Positions 8,169-16,870 of a DNA stretch of 52,197 nucleotides are shown piece after piece. Position 1 is the stretch's first letter. The number at the start of each line of letters is the position of its first letter. The translations under genes were made by a program, and so were the position numbers. The stretch spans positions 1 through 52,197 of the IMG/VR virus record IMGVR_UViG_3300011338_000521; one strand, written 5' to 3'. Below the pieces are notes generated by a model. It was given only the letters and a program-made list of their open reading frames with translations, did not search any database and was not told the origin of the DNA. This DNA comes from a virus. Lineage: Duplodnaviria > Caudoviricetes.

Positions 8169-9363
8169 TGGGTGCCTTTAATTCTATAGGAGTATTTACC
8201 AAGTCATCAGTGATTTTTACTTGGTCAATTCCTTGTTCTTTGTAATGTGCCAAGTTGAACATGTGTGGCAGTAGCACACGTTCTAGTTCGCTATGAAGGC
8301 CACGTGCTCCTGTTTTGTTTTTTAAAGTGTTCTTGGCCACTTGTTCTAGTGCTGTTTTTTCAAAATCTAAAGTGACTTGGTCTTGCACAAACAACCACTT
8401 GTACTGATCTACATAACTGTGTTTGATTTCTGTCAGGATAGATATTAAATCTTTTAGTGCAAGTTCGTTTAGTGCAACCCAACTTGGAAAACGTCCCACA
8501 AACTCCGGAATCATGCCAAATTTAACTAGGTCATCGGGAGTTACTTGATCAAGATCGCCTGGTCGGTCTACTGACACATCAGCTTGAAATCCGATTGACG
8601 TGCCGCGAATACGGTTCTTCACAATGTTATCTAGACCTACAAATGCACCGCCGGCAATAAACAAAATATTGGTGGTGTCAATTTCTACAGTTTCGCCATT
8701 GGGGTGTTTGCGTCCACCAGTGGGTGTGATTCTGCACTTGGTACCTTCTACCAACTTGAGCAAGGCTTGCTGTACGCCTTCGCCTGATACATCTCGTGTG
8801 ATGCTCTGACTTTCTGAACGTCGACTGACCTTGTCTATTTCATCCACAAACACAATGCCCTGTTGTGTTTTATCAATGTCGTTGCCTGACGCAGTGTACA
8901 GGCGCGAAATCAAACTTTCCACATCATCGCCTACATATCCTGCTTCGGTTAAAGATGTAGCGTCAGCAATCACAAAAGGCACGTCTAAATATCTAGCCAC
9001 TGAGCGGGCCAACAACGTTTTGCCAGACCCTGTAGGGCCTAACATGAGAATGTTGACTTTTTCAATTTCGGTATTTTTGTCCGGATTGCGTATGCGCTTG
9101 TAATGATTGGCAATGGCCACTGCCAACACCATCTTGGCTCGATCTTGCCCGATAACATACTGATCAAGATGTTTTTGAATTAGCCTTGGATCAAGAGACA
9201 CATGTTCTGTAGTTTTGACTGTGGGTTCATCTACCAGCAAGGTCTCACACAATTCCACACATTCATTGCATATTGCAACGTCTTCTCCCACAATGAGTTT
9301 GATCACTGCGTCTTTGTGCTTGTTGCAAAAACTACAGCTATCAGGATTTTCAGTTAATTTCAT
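8131..9363 (-). CDS. clpX: ATP-dependent Clp protease ATP-binding subunit ClpX
   Basis: CSFC..ICNEC zinc-binding domain, [12 protein letters not shown] pore loop, DEIDK, RKH loop, IGF loop, GARGL. Confidence 0.96.
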   Translation of the reverse strand: MKLTENPDSCSFCNKHKDAVIKLIVGEDVAICNECVELCETLLVDEPTVKTTEHVSLDPRLIQKHLDQYVIGQDRAKMVLAVAIANHYKRIRNPDKNTEIEKVNILMLGPTGSGKTLLARSVARYLDVPFVIADATSLTEAGYVGDDVESLISRLYTASGNDIDKTQQGIVFVDEIDKVSRRSESQSITRDVSGEGVQQALLKLVEGTKCRITPTGGRKHPNGETVEIDTTNILFIAGGAFVGLDNIVKNRIRGTSIGFQADVSVDRPGDLDQVTPDDLVKFGMIPEFVGRFPSWVALNELALKDLISILTEIKHSYVDQYKWLFVQDQVTLDFEKTALEQVAKNTLKNKTGARGLHSELERVLLPHMFNLAHYKEQGIDQVKITDDLVNTPIELKAPNEQIARKVGNSR

Positions 9364-10937
9364 ATTTTGGTTTCAGGGTTGAGCCGTGCGGCTATTTGTT
9401 CTTGTTCTAAATCACTCAGCAAATCTGGATCATACTCACCTGAGTCAATTTTGGCGATGAGATAATCAATGTATGCTGTGTCATAAGTGTAATTGTCTGA
9501 ATGGTCTTTGTCAATATGTATCCAACTCTTTCCGTTGTATTTGTACAACCGACTGGGTATGGCATCTACTTTTAAATATGTATCACCTTTGTTGGGCTGG
9601 TCAGGAAATTCTGTACCAAATGCATGTGTGGTTGCTGGGGGTTCTTGCCAGGGCAAATGATCAATTTGCCCACGAGCCAACTTGGTTCGCTGTGCTTTGA
9701 TAGTGTCGTCTGGATTGGCCGCTTTCCAGGCCTTGACGGCAGCATCAGGGTCTACATCTAATGTTTCAATTTCTTCTACCGGCAATGGCTGATTAAAAAT
9801 AATTTCTACTTGTTTATCGGTATCGTTAAATGGCCCATCCATTACGTCACACTCTTTATTAGGACAAAATAGTCCAATGCCCGGTGCATTTAATAGAATA
9901 GTACCACACTTGTGGCAAGGTATTGTGTCCTCTGGAGTAGTAGCATCCTCTGTTTTCGACACCATGGGCTTGAGATTTTTAAAGTGTTCAAAAGGCCAAG
10001 TCAAATAAGGATAACGTTCATTCCACGGACGATCATCTTCTTTGCTGTTAAACATCCATCCTACTGGATGTGGATCGTTGTGTGACTCGACACTGTCTTG
10101 AATCTGTTCTAGTTGTTGTTCGGTGAGTGGTCCATCATCTGGCTCGTACCGGGGTTCGTCATGCACAAAGCCACCGGTGCCTTGTCGTGCCCATTCAAAC
10201 TGTTTGTTGGCAGCTAGGATAAGTGTAAGAGCTAGTGGATCAAACACCAGCACAATCATTATGATCATCCAACGCACTGCACGTTCTAACAGATTGTCAT
10301 CAGGATTGTCCCCGTACAGCAAGGCTGCAATGTATTTTATCGGTCCAACTTCCGCATCGACCTTGCGTACTTCAGCGGCAATAGGCGCACGGGCATCGTT
10401 AAGTTCCGCAATAGACTTTTGCGACTGTGATATTTCAGTTTGAAGGCGAGCACGTTCTTTCTGCTGGGCTCTTCGCATAGCCACAGCTTTTTCGGCACCC
10501 GTTTCTGTTGTTGAGCGGCCCAATACTTGGTCCACGCCCTCATCCATCTGTTTAAGTGCCCGACGGTTTGCTTCAATATTCTCTTTTTCGGTCTTGATCT
10601 TTTCATCATATATTGCTATCTTGCTGACAACATCGCCTGACACTAGGCTTTGATCTGAATGTGCTTTTGACAGGTATCCAAAAATACCCATACTGGTCAG
10701 TATCATTAAGAATGCTATGGCTGGTATCAAATACAGTTTGAACACAATGCCGGCACGTTTCCAGTTGTTGTGCAACCACACTGTGGCAACAATTTTGCCC
10801 AGTTCTAGTGAACCGCCCATGATGATCACCGGCAATACAGCCGCTGAAAATATAGCAGTAAGGCCAGCCACTGAGTACCAGGCAGCTACGGCGCTTAAGA
10901 GTAATGCGGTGGCGAGAATTCCAAATCCAAATATCAT
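9360..10937 (-). CDS. Membrane protein with coiled coil and Zn ribbon
   Basis: Three N-terminal hydrophobic helices, a long coiled coil, a fourth TM (IVLVFDPLAL), CHKC..CPNKEC, and C-terminal FP..P.KGD...P.RLY...GKSW. Confidence 0.75.
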   Translation of the reverse strand: MIFGFGILATALLLSAVAAWYSVAGLTAIFSAAVLPVIIMGGSLELGKIVATVWLHNNWKRAGIVFKLYLIPAIAFLMILTSMGIFGYLSKAHSDQSLVSGDVVSKIAIYDEKIKTEKENIEANRRALKQMDEGVDQVLGRSTTETGAEKAVAMRRAQQKERARLQTEISQSQKSIAELNDARAPIAAEVRKVDAEVGPIKYIAALLYGDNPDDNLLERAVRWMIIMIVLVFDPLALTLILAANKQFEWARQGTGGFVHDEPRYEPDDGPLTEQQLEQIQDSVESHNDPHPVGWMFNSKEDDRPWNERYPYLTWPFEHFKNLKPMVSKTEDATTPEDTIPCHKCGTILLNAPGIGLFCPNKECDVMDGPFNDTDKQVEIIFNQPLPVEEIETLDVDPDAAVKAWKAANPDDTIKAQRTKLARGQIDHLPWQEPPATTHAFGTEFPDQPNKGDTYLKVDAIPSRLYKYNGKSWIHIDKDHSDNYTYDTAYIDYLIAKIDSGEYDPDLLSDLEQEQIAARLNPETKI

Positions 10938-10942
10938 AAAAA

Positions 10943-11263
10943 TTATTTACCAGGCGGTGGCATGGCAATCACCGCATGCTTTACTGCCACCCATGTGGCA
11001 AAGGTCTGATCTGGCACTTCAAACCAAATTAGAACAGGTTGCAATGAAACTCCCCACAATGCAGTTTGTTCTAATCTGCGTTTTACTCTGCTTTGAGTGC
11101 GCCAGTTTTTACCAAACATTGCCCTAGCTTCCTTCATAACTGCATACCATTCTTCAACGGAGTGCAATCGAAACCAAATACGGTGCATGACCAAAGGCGT
11201 TTCTTTAAGCGAGTCAAGTGACTCAGGGATACTCAACGCAGAGCCCTCAATATTGACAGTCAT
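10943..11263 (-). CDS. Hypothetical protein
   Basis: Start MTVNIEG after AAAGG; the ORF-track extension to 11326 lies in the structured leader. Confidence 0.7.
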   Translation of the reverse strand: MTVNIEGSALSIPESLDSLKETPLVMHRIWFRLHSVEEWYAVMKEARAMFGKNWRTQSRVKRRLEQTALWGVSLQPVLIWFEVPDQTFATWVAVKHAVIAMPPPGK

Positions 11264-11450
11264 TTCTAACCTTTCTAGATTTATCCTCTCGGCATACTCC
11301 CAGGGTACCAGCCCAGTTTTGACCAATTGCTTGGTCGAGGTCCTTGTCGCAACCTATAGGATTTACGTCTAACTTGCCACGGTCCGAGCAGGCCCGGGTT
11401 ATCGATTCACCCCGCCCTACCATTAGACTACCCCATCTCTTTGATCATGC
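11264..11450 (-). ncRNA. Candidate structured leader or ncRNA (~190 nt)
   Basis: Non-coding gap between a perfect promoter and the next ATG; contains nested stems and a GCAA-tetraloop hairpin. Confidence 0.45.
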
Positions 11451-11456
11451 ACAGTA

Positions 11457-11485
11457 ATTATAACAACACTTGACCCCATTGTCAA
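11457..11485 (-). promoter_or_regulatory. Consensus sigma70 promoter
   Basis: TTGACA-N17-TATAAT. Confidence 0.8.
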
Positions 11486-11943
11486 GTATTTTGTTTTTGT
11501 TTGACTAAATTGCACACAGTTTGAAACTGCTCGTATGCATCACGCACACTAGGATGGGCCATGAGTTTGTCTGCTTCCGCAATCATGGCGTTGACACCTG
11601 CTTCGGCATGATCTCTAGTACTACCATAGGTCAACGGACACAATTCATCACCAAGCTCTTTGGCCAGATTTTCCCAGGCTTTCTTTTGTCCGGGAGTAAT
11701 GGGAGTTCTTTGTGGCCGCATTTCGCTGGATTTTCTAAGAGCATCACAGATGGCATCTTCGGCCACACGTCCGGCCGCAATCATCGCGGCGTAGTTGGGA
11801 TCAATGTTGTACCGGCGGCTTTGTCCCCCTGGGTAGCACATCACAATGTGTGTGCCCTTGGAAAAACTGTCCAGGTACTCACTGTCGTACTCGCTCACAG
11901 GCACATACCTGCGTCCCTTTTTTTCGTAGTAAATCTTTTTCAT
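11482..11943 (-). CDS. Hypothetical phage protein
   Basis: MKKIYYEKKGRRY...; ATGA overlap with the upstream gene, GGAG RBS. Confidence 0.75.
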   Translation of the reverse strand: MKKIYYEKKGRRYVPVSEYDSEYLDSFSKGTHIVMCYPGGQSRRYNIDPNYAAMIAAGRVAEDAICDALRKSSEMRPQRTPITPGQKKAWENLAKELGDELCPLTYGSTRDHAEAGVNAMIAEADKLMAHPSVRDAYEQFQTVCNLVKQKQNT

Positions 11944-13259
11944 TGCAAACTCCATTGTGTTCGAGCATAACCAACATAAACTTTGTTGGCAACTGCGCTG
12001 GTATACGCAAAGTTCCAGGTGCCATTTACTTTTACAGGAATCATAATGCCCAGTCTATTAGATGGCGCACCTGTTACTGTTTGAAAATTAGTCAATAATT
12101 GGTCAAAATCTGTTTGTTTTGTTTGAGCAAAAGATGTGGTAGTTGAATTTGTCCAGAGTTGGTTACTATTACGACCCCAATTGTCCCACCCCATTAACCA
12201 AAGATCCAACCGACCGTCATTGTTGTAATCAACCAAGAGCGGCGTGTAACTGCTCAATACCGCTGTGCTCCATCCACTCATTGCTGAACTAGTTACATCA
12301 TCAAACTGCCAATTGCCGCGATTCAAATAAATTTGCACACGACTTTCTGGAGTAGTGGTAACACCTTCTTTGGCACTTATCACAATGATGTCTTGCCACC
12401 CATCGTTATTCAAATCGCCCACTGTGCAACTAACATCGTGACTGAGTTCTGTTGCTGTTGTATTGCCAATGTCAAACCAAGGTGTGGGCAATATAGCCAT
12501 CCGAGTAGGTGCAAGTGTGTTATCCAGTTTAAAAATATAAGTGTCTCGGAGTGGTAATGTGCCATTCATAGACAAGTCAGTTGCAACAATTTGTGTGGTT
12601 CCTGAACGATCAAAATCTCCTGCACACACTCCACTGCCTGCAATATACTCAGCATGTCCTTGTTGCCAGTCTTTGCGAGTGTTAAATGTAAACTGGCCAG
12701 TGCCATCATTGGTCCATATATGACCTTGACTGTTTATAACGTCAATAAACCCATCATTGTTTACATCGGCTGCAACACTGCCATGGCTCCATGTAGAACC
12801 TGGAACATTTACTTGTTGATGGCTTTGTCCTGGACGGCTGATAAACGCTGTACTTGCATTATTTAAAGTCCCAGGTATATCAGTAAACCCAGCAAAGAAG
12901 ATGTCGTCAACACCATCACGATTAAAGTCAGCCACAACAGGATAATTTACTGAGATACTATGATTGCCACCGAGGATATCTACTGTGGCATCAGAGACTG
13001 TGCTATCGGACAAGCGGTATATTTTTACTGGTGGTGCTGTGGTATTTCTAATATACCAGCCGCTAAGTATCACGTACTTGGCACCATCAGTTGAAAAATT
13101 ACCAGTAACAAGGCTTGGAATACAGGTAGCAGGAGTAGAAATAAATCCAGCAGTAATAGCAACGCCATCGACCACTTGAGAAGATGTTCCAGTTCCAGCT
13201 CCCCCACCACAACATCCTGTTAGAGCCACTGCTAGTGCAGGGATTACAAGTTTCCACAT
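11940..13259 (-). CDS. FG-GAP/VCBS-repeat (beta-propeller) lipoprotein
   Basis: Lipobox LTGC; repeated Ca-binding motifs DFNRDGVDD, DVNNDGFID, DFDRSG, DLNNDGWQD, DYNNDGRLD; AGGAGA RBS. Confidence 0.85.
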   Translation of the reverse strand: MWKLVIPALAVALTGCCGGGAGTGTSSQVVDGVAITAGFISTPATCIPSLVTGNFSTDGAKYVILSGWYIRNTTAPPVKIYRLSDSTVSDATVDILGGNHSISVNYPVVADFNRDGVDDIFFAGFTDIPGTLNNASTAFISRPGQSHQQVNVPGSTWSHGSVAADVNNDGFIDVINSQGHIWTNDGTGQFTFNTRKDWQQGHAEYIAGSGVCAGDFDRSGTTQIVATDLSMNGTLPLRDTYIFKLDNTLAPTRMAILPTPWFDIGNTTATELSHDVSCTVGDLNNDGWQDIIVISAKEGVTTTPESRVQIYLNRGNWQFDDVTSSAMSGWSTAVLSSYTPLLVDYNNDGRLDLWLMGWDNWGRNSNQLWTNSTTTSFAQTKQTDFDQLLTNFQTVTGAPSNRLGIMIPVKVNGTWNFAYTSAVANKVYVGYARTQWSLQ

Positions 13260-13278
13260 GGGAATCTCCTAAGTTAAA

Positions 13279-13704
13279 TTACGAATAAGTTCGATCCATT
13301 TTGACATTGGTCAATCCAGCAACCATTTGGAATTTGTCCCAGGCATCTTTCACTGCCGGACGAGATTCAAGTTCACTATCAGGTAACACTGTTTCTAACC
13401 AGTATTCTAGTCGACGGCTTGGGTGTGCGCCGAACTTGCGTGGTTGGTGTAGTCGACCAGTTTCCCAAAGTTCAATGCTGACACTGCGGAATTTATCTTC
13501 ATCTTCTTTACTGTTGAAATCATAGGCACTCCATTCTGCTCGGCTACCGCCACCGAAGCAGTATCCATCCCAGATGCCTGCCCACTGCTCGTCATCTCTG
13601 GGATCAAAGTCTGTGCGAGTGATCAGCACCAATACATCGTTCATGTCCACACGACCTTCCACAATGTCGCGAACGCAACGGCTATAGCTTAGACCAATTT
13701 TCAT
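13279..13704 (-). CDS. Hypothetical phage protein
   Basis: 141-aa ORF (MKIGLSYSRCVRDIV) in a tight operon. Confidence 0.75.
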   Translation of the reverse strand: MKIGLSYSRCVRDIVEGRVDMNDVLVLITRTDFDPRDDEQWAGIWDGYCFGGGSRAEWSAYDFNSKEDEDKFRSVSIELWETGRLHQPRKFGAHPSRRLEYWLETVLPDSELESRPAVKDAWDKFQMVAGLTNVKMDRTYS

Positions 13705-13706
13705 GT

Positions 13707-13937
13707 TTATCCCCCGTAATACTTAATAACTGTAGTCAATGCTTCGACCATGCGAGTGTTGATTGCTACATCTTCAGGGTGCAACCAGTATCCGCCCGGA
13801 TTGGTATCCGTTTTAGGATTTTTCTTCCAGTCACTTAACTCTTTCTTGAGATAGTCTCTTTGTTCTTTGAGTGAAAGCACTGTGATTCGATCGGCTGCTT
13901 CACCGTCAAGCGTAATAGGACCAATTCGTTTACTCAT
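13707..13937 (-). CDS. Hypothetical protein
   Basis: 76 aa; ATGA overlap with the ligase stop; AGGAG RBS. Confidence 0.75.
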   Translation of the reverse strand: MSKRIGPITLDGEAADRITVLSLKEQRDYLKKELSDWKKNPKTDTNPGGYWLHPEDVAINTRMVEALTTVIKYYGG

Positions 13938-15307
13938 ACTTTTTCTCCTGCTTCAAAGTCACGGAATCTCAAGAACCTGGGGAATCGGAGACTGTAGGTT
14001 CCGTCTTGGTTTTGGGTGACTGCGTCCGCTTGGACTTCAACCAAGTGACCAAGTAACTGATCCCTACTGGCCCAATACTCATCGCGAAGAGCATCACTAA
14101 ACCCACTGCCAACATTAACACGAATTCTACGGTCATTATCATCTCCTTCACAGATTATAGCACCCAACCGGTTTTCGTTCCTACCAGTTCCTTCTTCAAA
14201 ACCCACAATGTTCAAATCAACTGAGATAGTGGGTTTCCATTTCATCCACGAATCCGAACGTTTACATTGGTAAGGTGCGTCCAGGCTCTTGATCATGATG
14301 CCTTCGAAGCCACCTTCTACGGCAGCTTCGGCATAGCGTTGCATGATATCATGCCCTTCGGCTGTGTCCAGGTTTACATCCAAGCCTGGCATGATGCGCA
14401 GACACGTAGTCTCTTCCAATCCAGCGCGGGCTGACTCTAGCCATTCCAGACGTTTGTACTGCCCTGTATTCCAGTGTCCTTCTTGAAAGGCATCAAGTGG
14501 AATGATATCAAAAATGTGATACACCATGCCTGTGGTTTCAGCGTTTGATTTGCGATGTGCTTGCCGCATGAGTTGTTGGAAATTTTCACCCACAATCTCA
14601 CCATCCAACACATAATGCCCACCTGTGCCACGCCCATATTGGAAATGCTTGCGAACATCTTCAATGGCATCAGCAATCTGCGGAAAGTTTTCAAACTCTT
14701 TGCCATTGCGACTGTACAGTGTGACATTGTCACCACTGACCACTGCCAGCACACGCACCCCATCCAACTTGCACTCCAGGCGTTTGATACCTTTCATTTT
14801 CTTGGGATGGTCTGTTGAGTCTTGTGCCAGTTGGCATGAGAATATAGGAATTTTGTATTCGGTCTTGCCCACAACCTTGTTGATGGTCTTTTCTGAAATG
14901 CCGCACCGCAGATCTTTGATCAACACACGGCGAGCTAGATTGTTCCATTCTTCTGAGTCAAACTGCTGGCTCATTTTTTCAACTGCTTCTCTAGCACGAT
15001 TACCTGTGATGTATCTAGTGCGCAGGGCTTCTAGCATGGCCCAAAACTGTGTCCAAGGATTGGCACAACCAGTCAGCCCCTCAGTCTCAGGCACCTGGCG
15101 GATGCCAAACACATAGAACGGGTTGTAGGCTTGGTAGCAATTGAACAAAAAACACTGCGCATCGGCACTGCCAAGCCGAGCAGCCATGAGAGCCTTTTCA
15201 ATCACTTTTTCTTTGTGAATGCGGCTGTCAGAGCTTTCTAGGTCTCGGATCCATCCTGCGGCCATTATGGCGTCAAACCTTGAGTAGCTGTAATCGATTT
15301 CATTCAT
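13934..15307 (-). CDS. lig: ATP-dependent DNA ligase
   Basis: KLDGVR (motif I), LDGEI, FDII, EGIMIK, WMKWK, VGSGFSD, SLRFPRF. Confidence 0.95.
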   Translation of the reverse strand: MNEIDYSYSRFDAIMAAGWIRDLESSDSRIHKEKVIEKALMAARLGSADAQCFLFNCYQAYNPFYVFGIRQVPETEGLTGCANPWTQFWAMLEALRTRYITGNRAREAVEKMSQQFDSEEWNNLARRVLIKDLRCGISEKTINKVVGKTEYKIPIFSCQLAQDSTDHPKKMKGIKRLECKLDGVRVLAVVSGDNVTLYSRNGKEFENFPQIADAIEDVRKHFQYGRGTGGHYVLDGEIVGENFQQLMRQAHRKSNAETTGMVYHIFDIIPLDAFQEGHWNTGQYKRLEWLESARAGLEETTCLRIMPGLDVNLDTAEGHDIMQRYAEAAVEGGFEGIMIKSLDAPYQCKRSDSWMKWKPTISVDLNIVGFEEGTGRNENRLGAIICEGDDNDRRIRVNVGSGFSDALRDEYWASRDQLLGHLVEVQADAVTQNQDGTYSLRFPRFLRFRDFEAGEKV

Positions 15308-15319
15308 ATACTTAACGCC

Positions 15320-15733
15320 TTACCAGGATGAGTTATAAAACACTTTCAAGCCCATGAACATTTCTGTTCTAGCGGCTTTGACAAACGCCAAGTCATGGTC
15401 GTAGTAGTGTTGATCTGAATTGTCACCAAAGAAGAATCCTGATGTGACAGGCAGTTGACGTTTTTTAACATCGCGTTCAAGGGCATCCAAGTCCTCAGCA
15501 GTGAGTTCCATTTCTACGCCGTTGAACGAATCATATTTTAACTTCTTTTGCTCGGCTAATGTTTCCATCCAGCCATGCAGGTTAGGATGCTTGCGCCAGT
15601 AGGCAATCTCACGCGGCTTGTTTACCTTTGTGTTTACATAATCCTTGGCGTCGTCGTTCCATTCGGCACCTTCATAATAGTCGCGTTGCTGGCCTTCACG
15701 GGTGGCCACATAAGCATACATATCAAGACCCAT
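15320..15733 (-). CDS. Conserved-looking phage hypothetical protein (MGLDMY...YWRK...GFFFG type)
   Basis: AGGAG RBS before MGLDMYAY; ends VFYNSSW. Confidence 0.8.
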   Translation of the reverse strand: MGLDMYAYVATREGQQRDYYEGAEWNDDAKDYVNTKVNKPREIAYWRKHPNLHGWMETLAEQKKLKYDSFNGVEMELTAEDLDALERDVKKRQLPVTSGFFFGDNSDQHYYDHDLAFVKAARTEMFMGLKVFYNSSW

Positions 15734-15890
15734 GGTTTTCTCCTTGTTGATGACGGTATTCGCGTTTGAGCCAATATTTGTACTTGGCAAAATATTCTGA
15801 CATTGGATAGGGTGGCATGCGACCAGTCCATTCTTCTATTTCAAGGCAGTGAGCATACCACCGCTGTTGCAACCACAGTCTGAATGTCAT
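15723..15890 (-). CDS. Small hypothetical protein
   Basis: MTFRLWLQQRW..., 55 aa, ATGA coupling with the upstream small ORF. Confidence 0.6.
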   Translation of the reverse strand: MTFRLWLQQRWYAHCLEIEEWTGRMPPYPMSEYFAKYKYWLKREYRHQQGENHGS

Positions 15891-16006
15891 GCGATCACCC
15901 ATGTTATTGCTCGGGGGTTCATTGCTTGGCGAGCTTGCCAGTAAGGCAATGCCCACGCCACATTGGTTTCGACCACGATCAGTCGTTTGTTAAAATAAAC
16001 CTTCAT
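15887..16006 (-). CDS. Small hypothetical protein (39 aa), not in ORF track
   Basis: MKVYFNKRLIVVETNVAWALPYWQARQAMNPRAITWVIA; ATGA overlaps at both ends and a GGAGG upstream. Confidence 0.65.
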   Translation of the reverse strand: MKVYFNKRLIVVETNVAWALPYWQARQAMNPRAITWVIA

Positions 16007-16287
16007 GCTGCCTCCAACATGTTAGCAGGCACCTTCCACAAGCCTTGGGGCGTGGCTACTGTAACATACTTGATGGCAATCTTGCTCACGGTGCCTGACA
16101 TGGTCATGCCACGTTTGGTGCTGTGAAACTTCACTGTGTCACCTTTGGCAAATTGGCGGATATTGTGTTTACGCAGGCTGGCCTTGGCAAATTGCACTGC
16201 ACTGATGATGCTGTCAAGCTCAGTGTTTGAGAACTCACCAAACATGATTGCAGAGTTGACTTGCTGGATCTTGGACATTTGGGTCAT
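16003..16287 (-). CDS. Early hypothetical protein
   Basis: 94 aa with its own promoter cassette and AAGGAG RBS. Confidence 0.8.
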   Translation of the reverse strand: MTQMSKIQQVNSAIMFGEFSNTELDSIISAVQFAKASLRKHNIRQFAKGDTVKFHSTKRGMTMSGTVSKIAIKYVTVATPQGLWKVPANMLEAA

Positions 16288-16291
16288 TTCG

Positions 16292-16347
16292 GGCTCCTTT
16301 GTTGCTTACTATGCCTAAATTATAACAGATTAGGAATTATTGGTCAA
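16292..16347 (-). promoter_or_regulatory. Early promoter-RBS cassette
   Basis: TTGACC-N17-TATAAT...ggcatagtaagcaacaaaggagcc; these 24 bp are identical to 16665-16688. Confidence 0.85.
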
Positions 16348-16661
16348 GCCAATTCTAATTCTTTGGCAGGAAAACGGATCTGGCCTTCGTAGTCCAGTTG
16401 GCTTTGTTCAAACTCAGTAAGGTAGTCATCAGCCTCCACTGACCAGTCAATGATGTGCTCACGGAAGTACTCTGAGTCTGACTCAACTTTGGGACGAATC
16501 AAGTCCACAATCACGCCAGGTGCATAACGCAAGGGATCAAAATCACGGATCACATAGTCAGAACCGCCCTTGGCTTTCCAGTACTCAGGGCACTCACCTA
16601 CACCGTCCCAATCATGGGCACCGTAGTTTTCATAAACTTGGGTAGTGATCAGCAGTTTCAT
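16344..16661 (-). CDS. Early hypothetical protein
   Basis: MKLLITTQVYENYGAHDWDG..YWKAKGG; AAGGAG RBS. Confidence 0.8.
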   Translation of the reverse strand: MKLLITTQVYENYGAHDWDGVGECPEYWKAKGGSDYVIRDFDPLRYAPGVIVDLIRPKVESDSEYFREHIIDWSVEADDYLTEFEQSQLDYEGQIRFPAKELELA

Positions 16662-16664
16662 TGT

Positions 16665-16720
16665 GGCTCCTTTGTTGCTTACTATGCCATAATTATAGCA
16701 AAATAGGCTTTTCTGGTCAA
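16665..16720 (-). promoter_or_regulatory. Early promoter-RBS cassette
   Basis: TTGACC-N17-TATAAT plus the shared 24-bp leader/RBS. Confidence 0.85.
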
Positions 16721-16816
16721 CCAAAATAATAACCCTACAATCACTAGGAGTTCTACTACTGTAAAATTAGTACGATAGTAGTAATCTAGTATTTTGCGTT
16801 GTATTTTGGTCCACAT
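16682..16816 (-). CDS. Small membrane protein (44 aa), probably leaderless; not in ORF track
   Basis: MWTKIQRKILDYYYRTNFTVVELLVIVGLLFWLTRKAYFAIIMA; ATG lies 6 nt after TATAAT. Confidence 0.55.
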   Translation of the reverse strand: MWTKIQRKILDYYYRTNFTVVELLVIVGLLFWLTRKAYFAIIMA

Positions 16817-16822
16817 GCCCTA

Positions 16823-16852
16823 ATTATAGCGGACAGTGCCTTTATTGGTCAA
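16823..16852 (-). promoter_or_regulatory. Early promoter
   Basis: TTGACC-N18-TATAAT-N6-ATG. Confidence 0.7.
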
Positions 16853-16870
16853 CCAGAAAAAATGTATACT

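Noticed and set aside
11370-11440. tRNA-like start GGGGTAGTCTAATGGTAGGGC (minus strand)
   Set aside because: It resembles a D-arm, but I found no TTC T-loop, acceptor stem or CCA; kept only as an unknown structured RNA.
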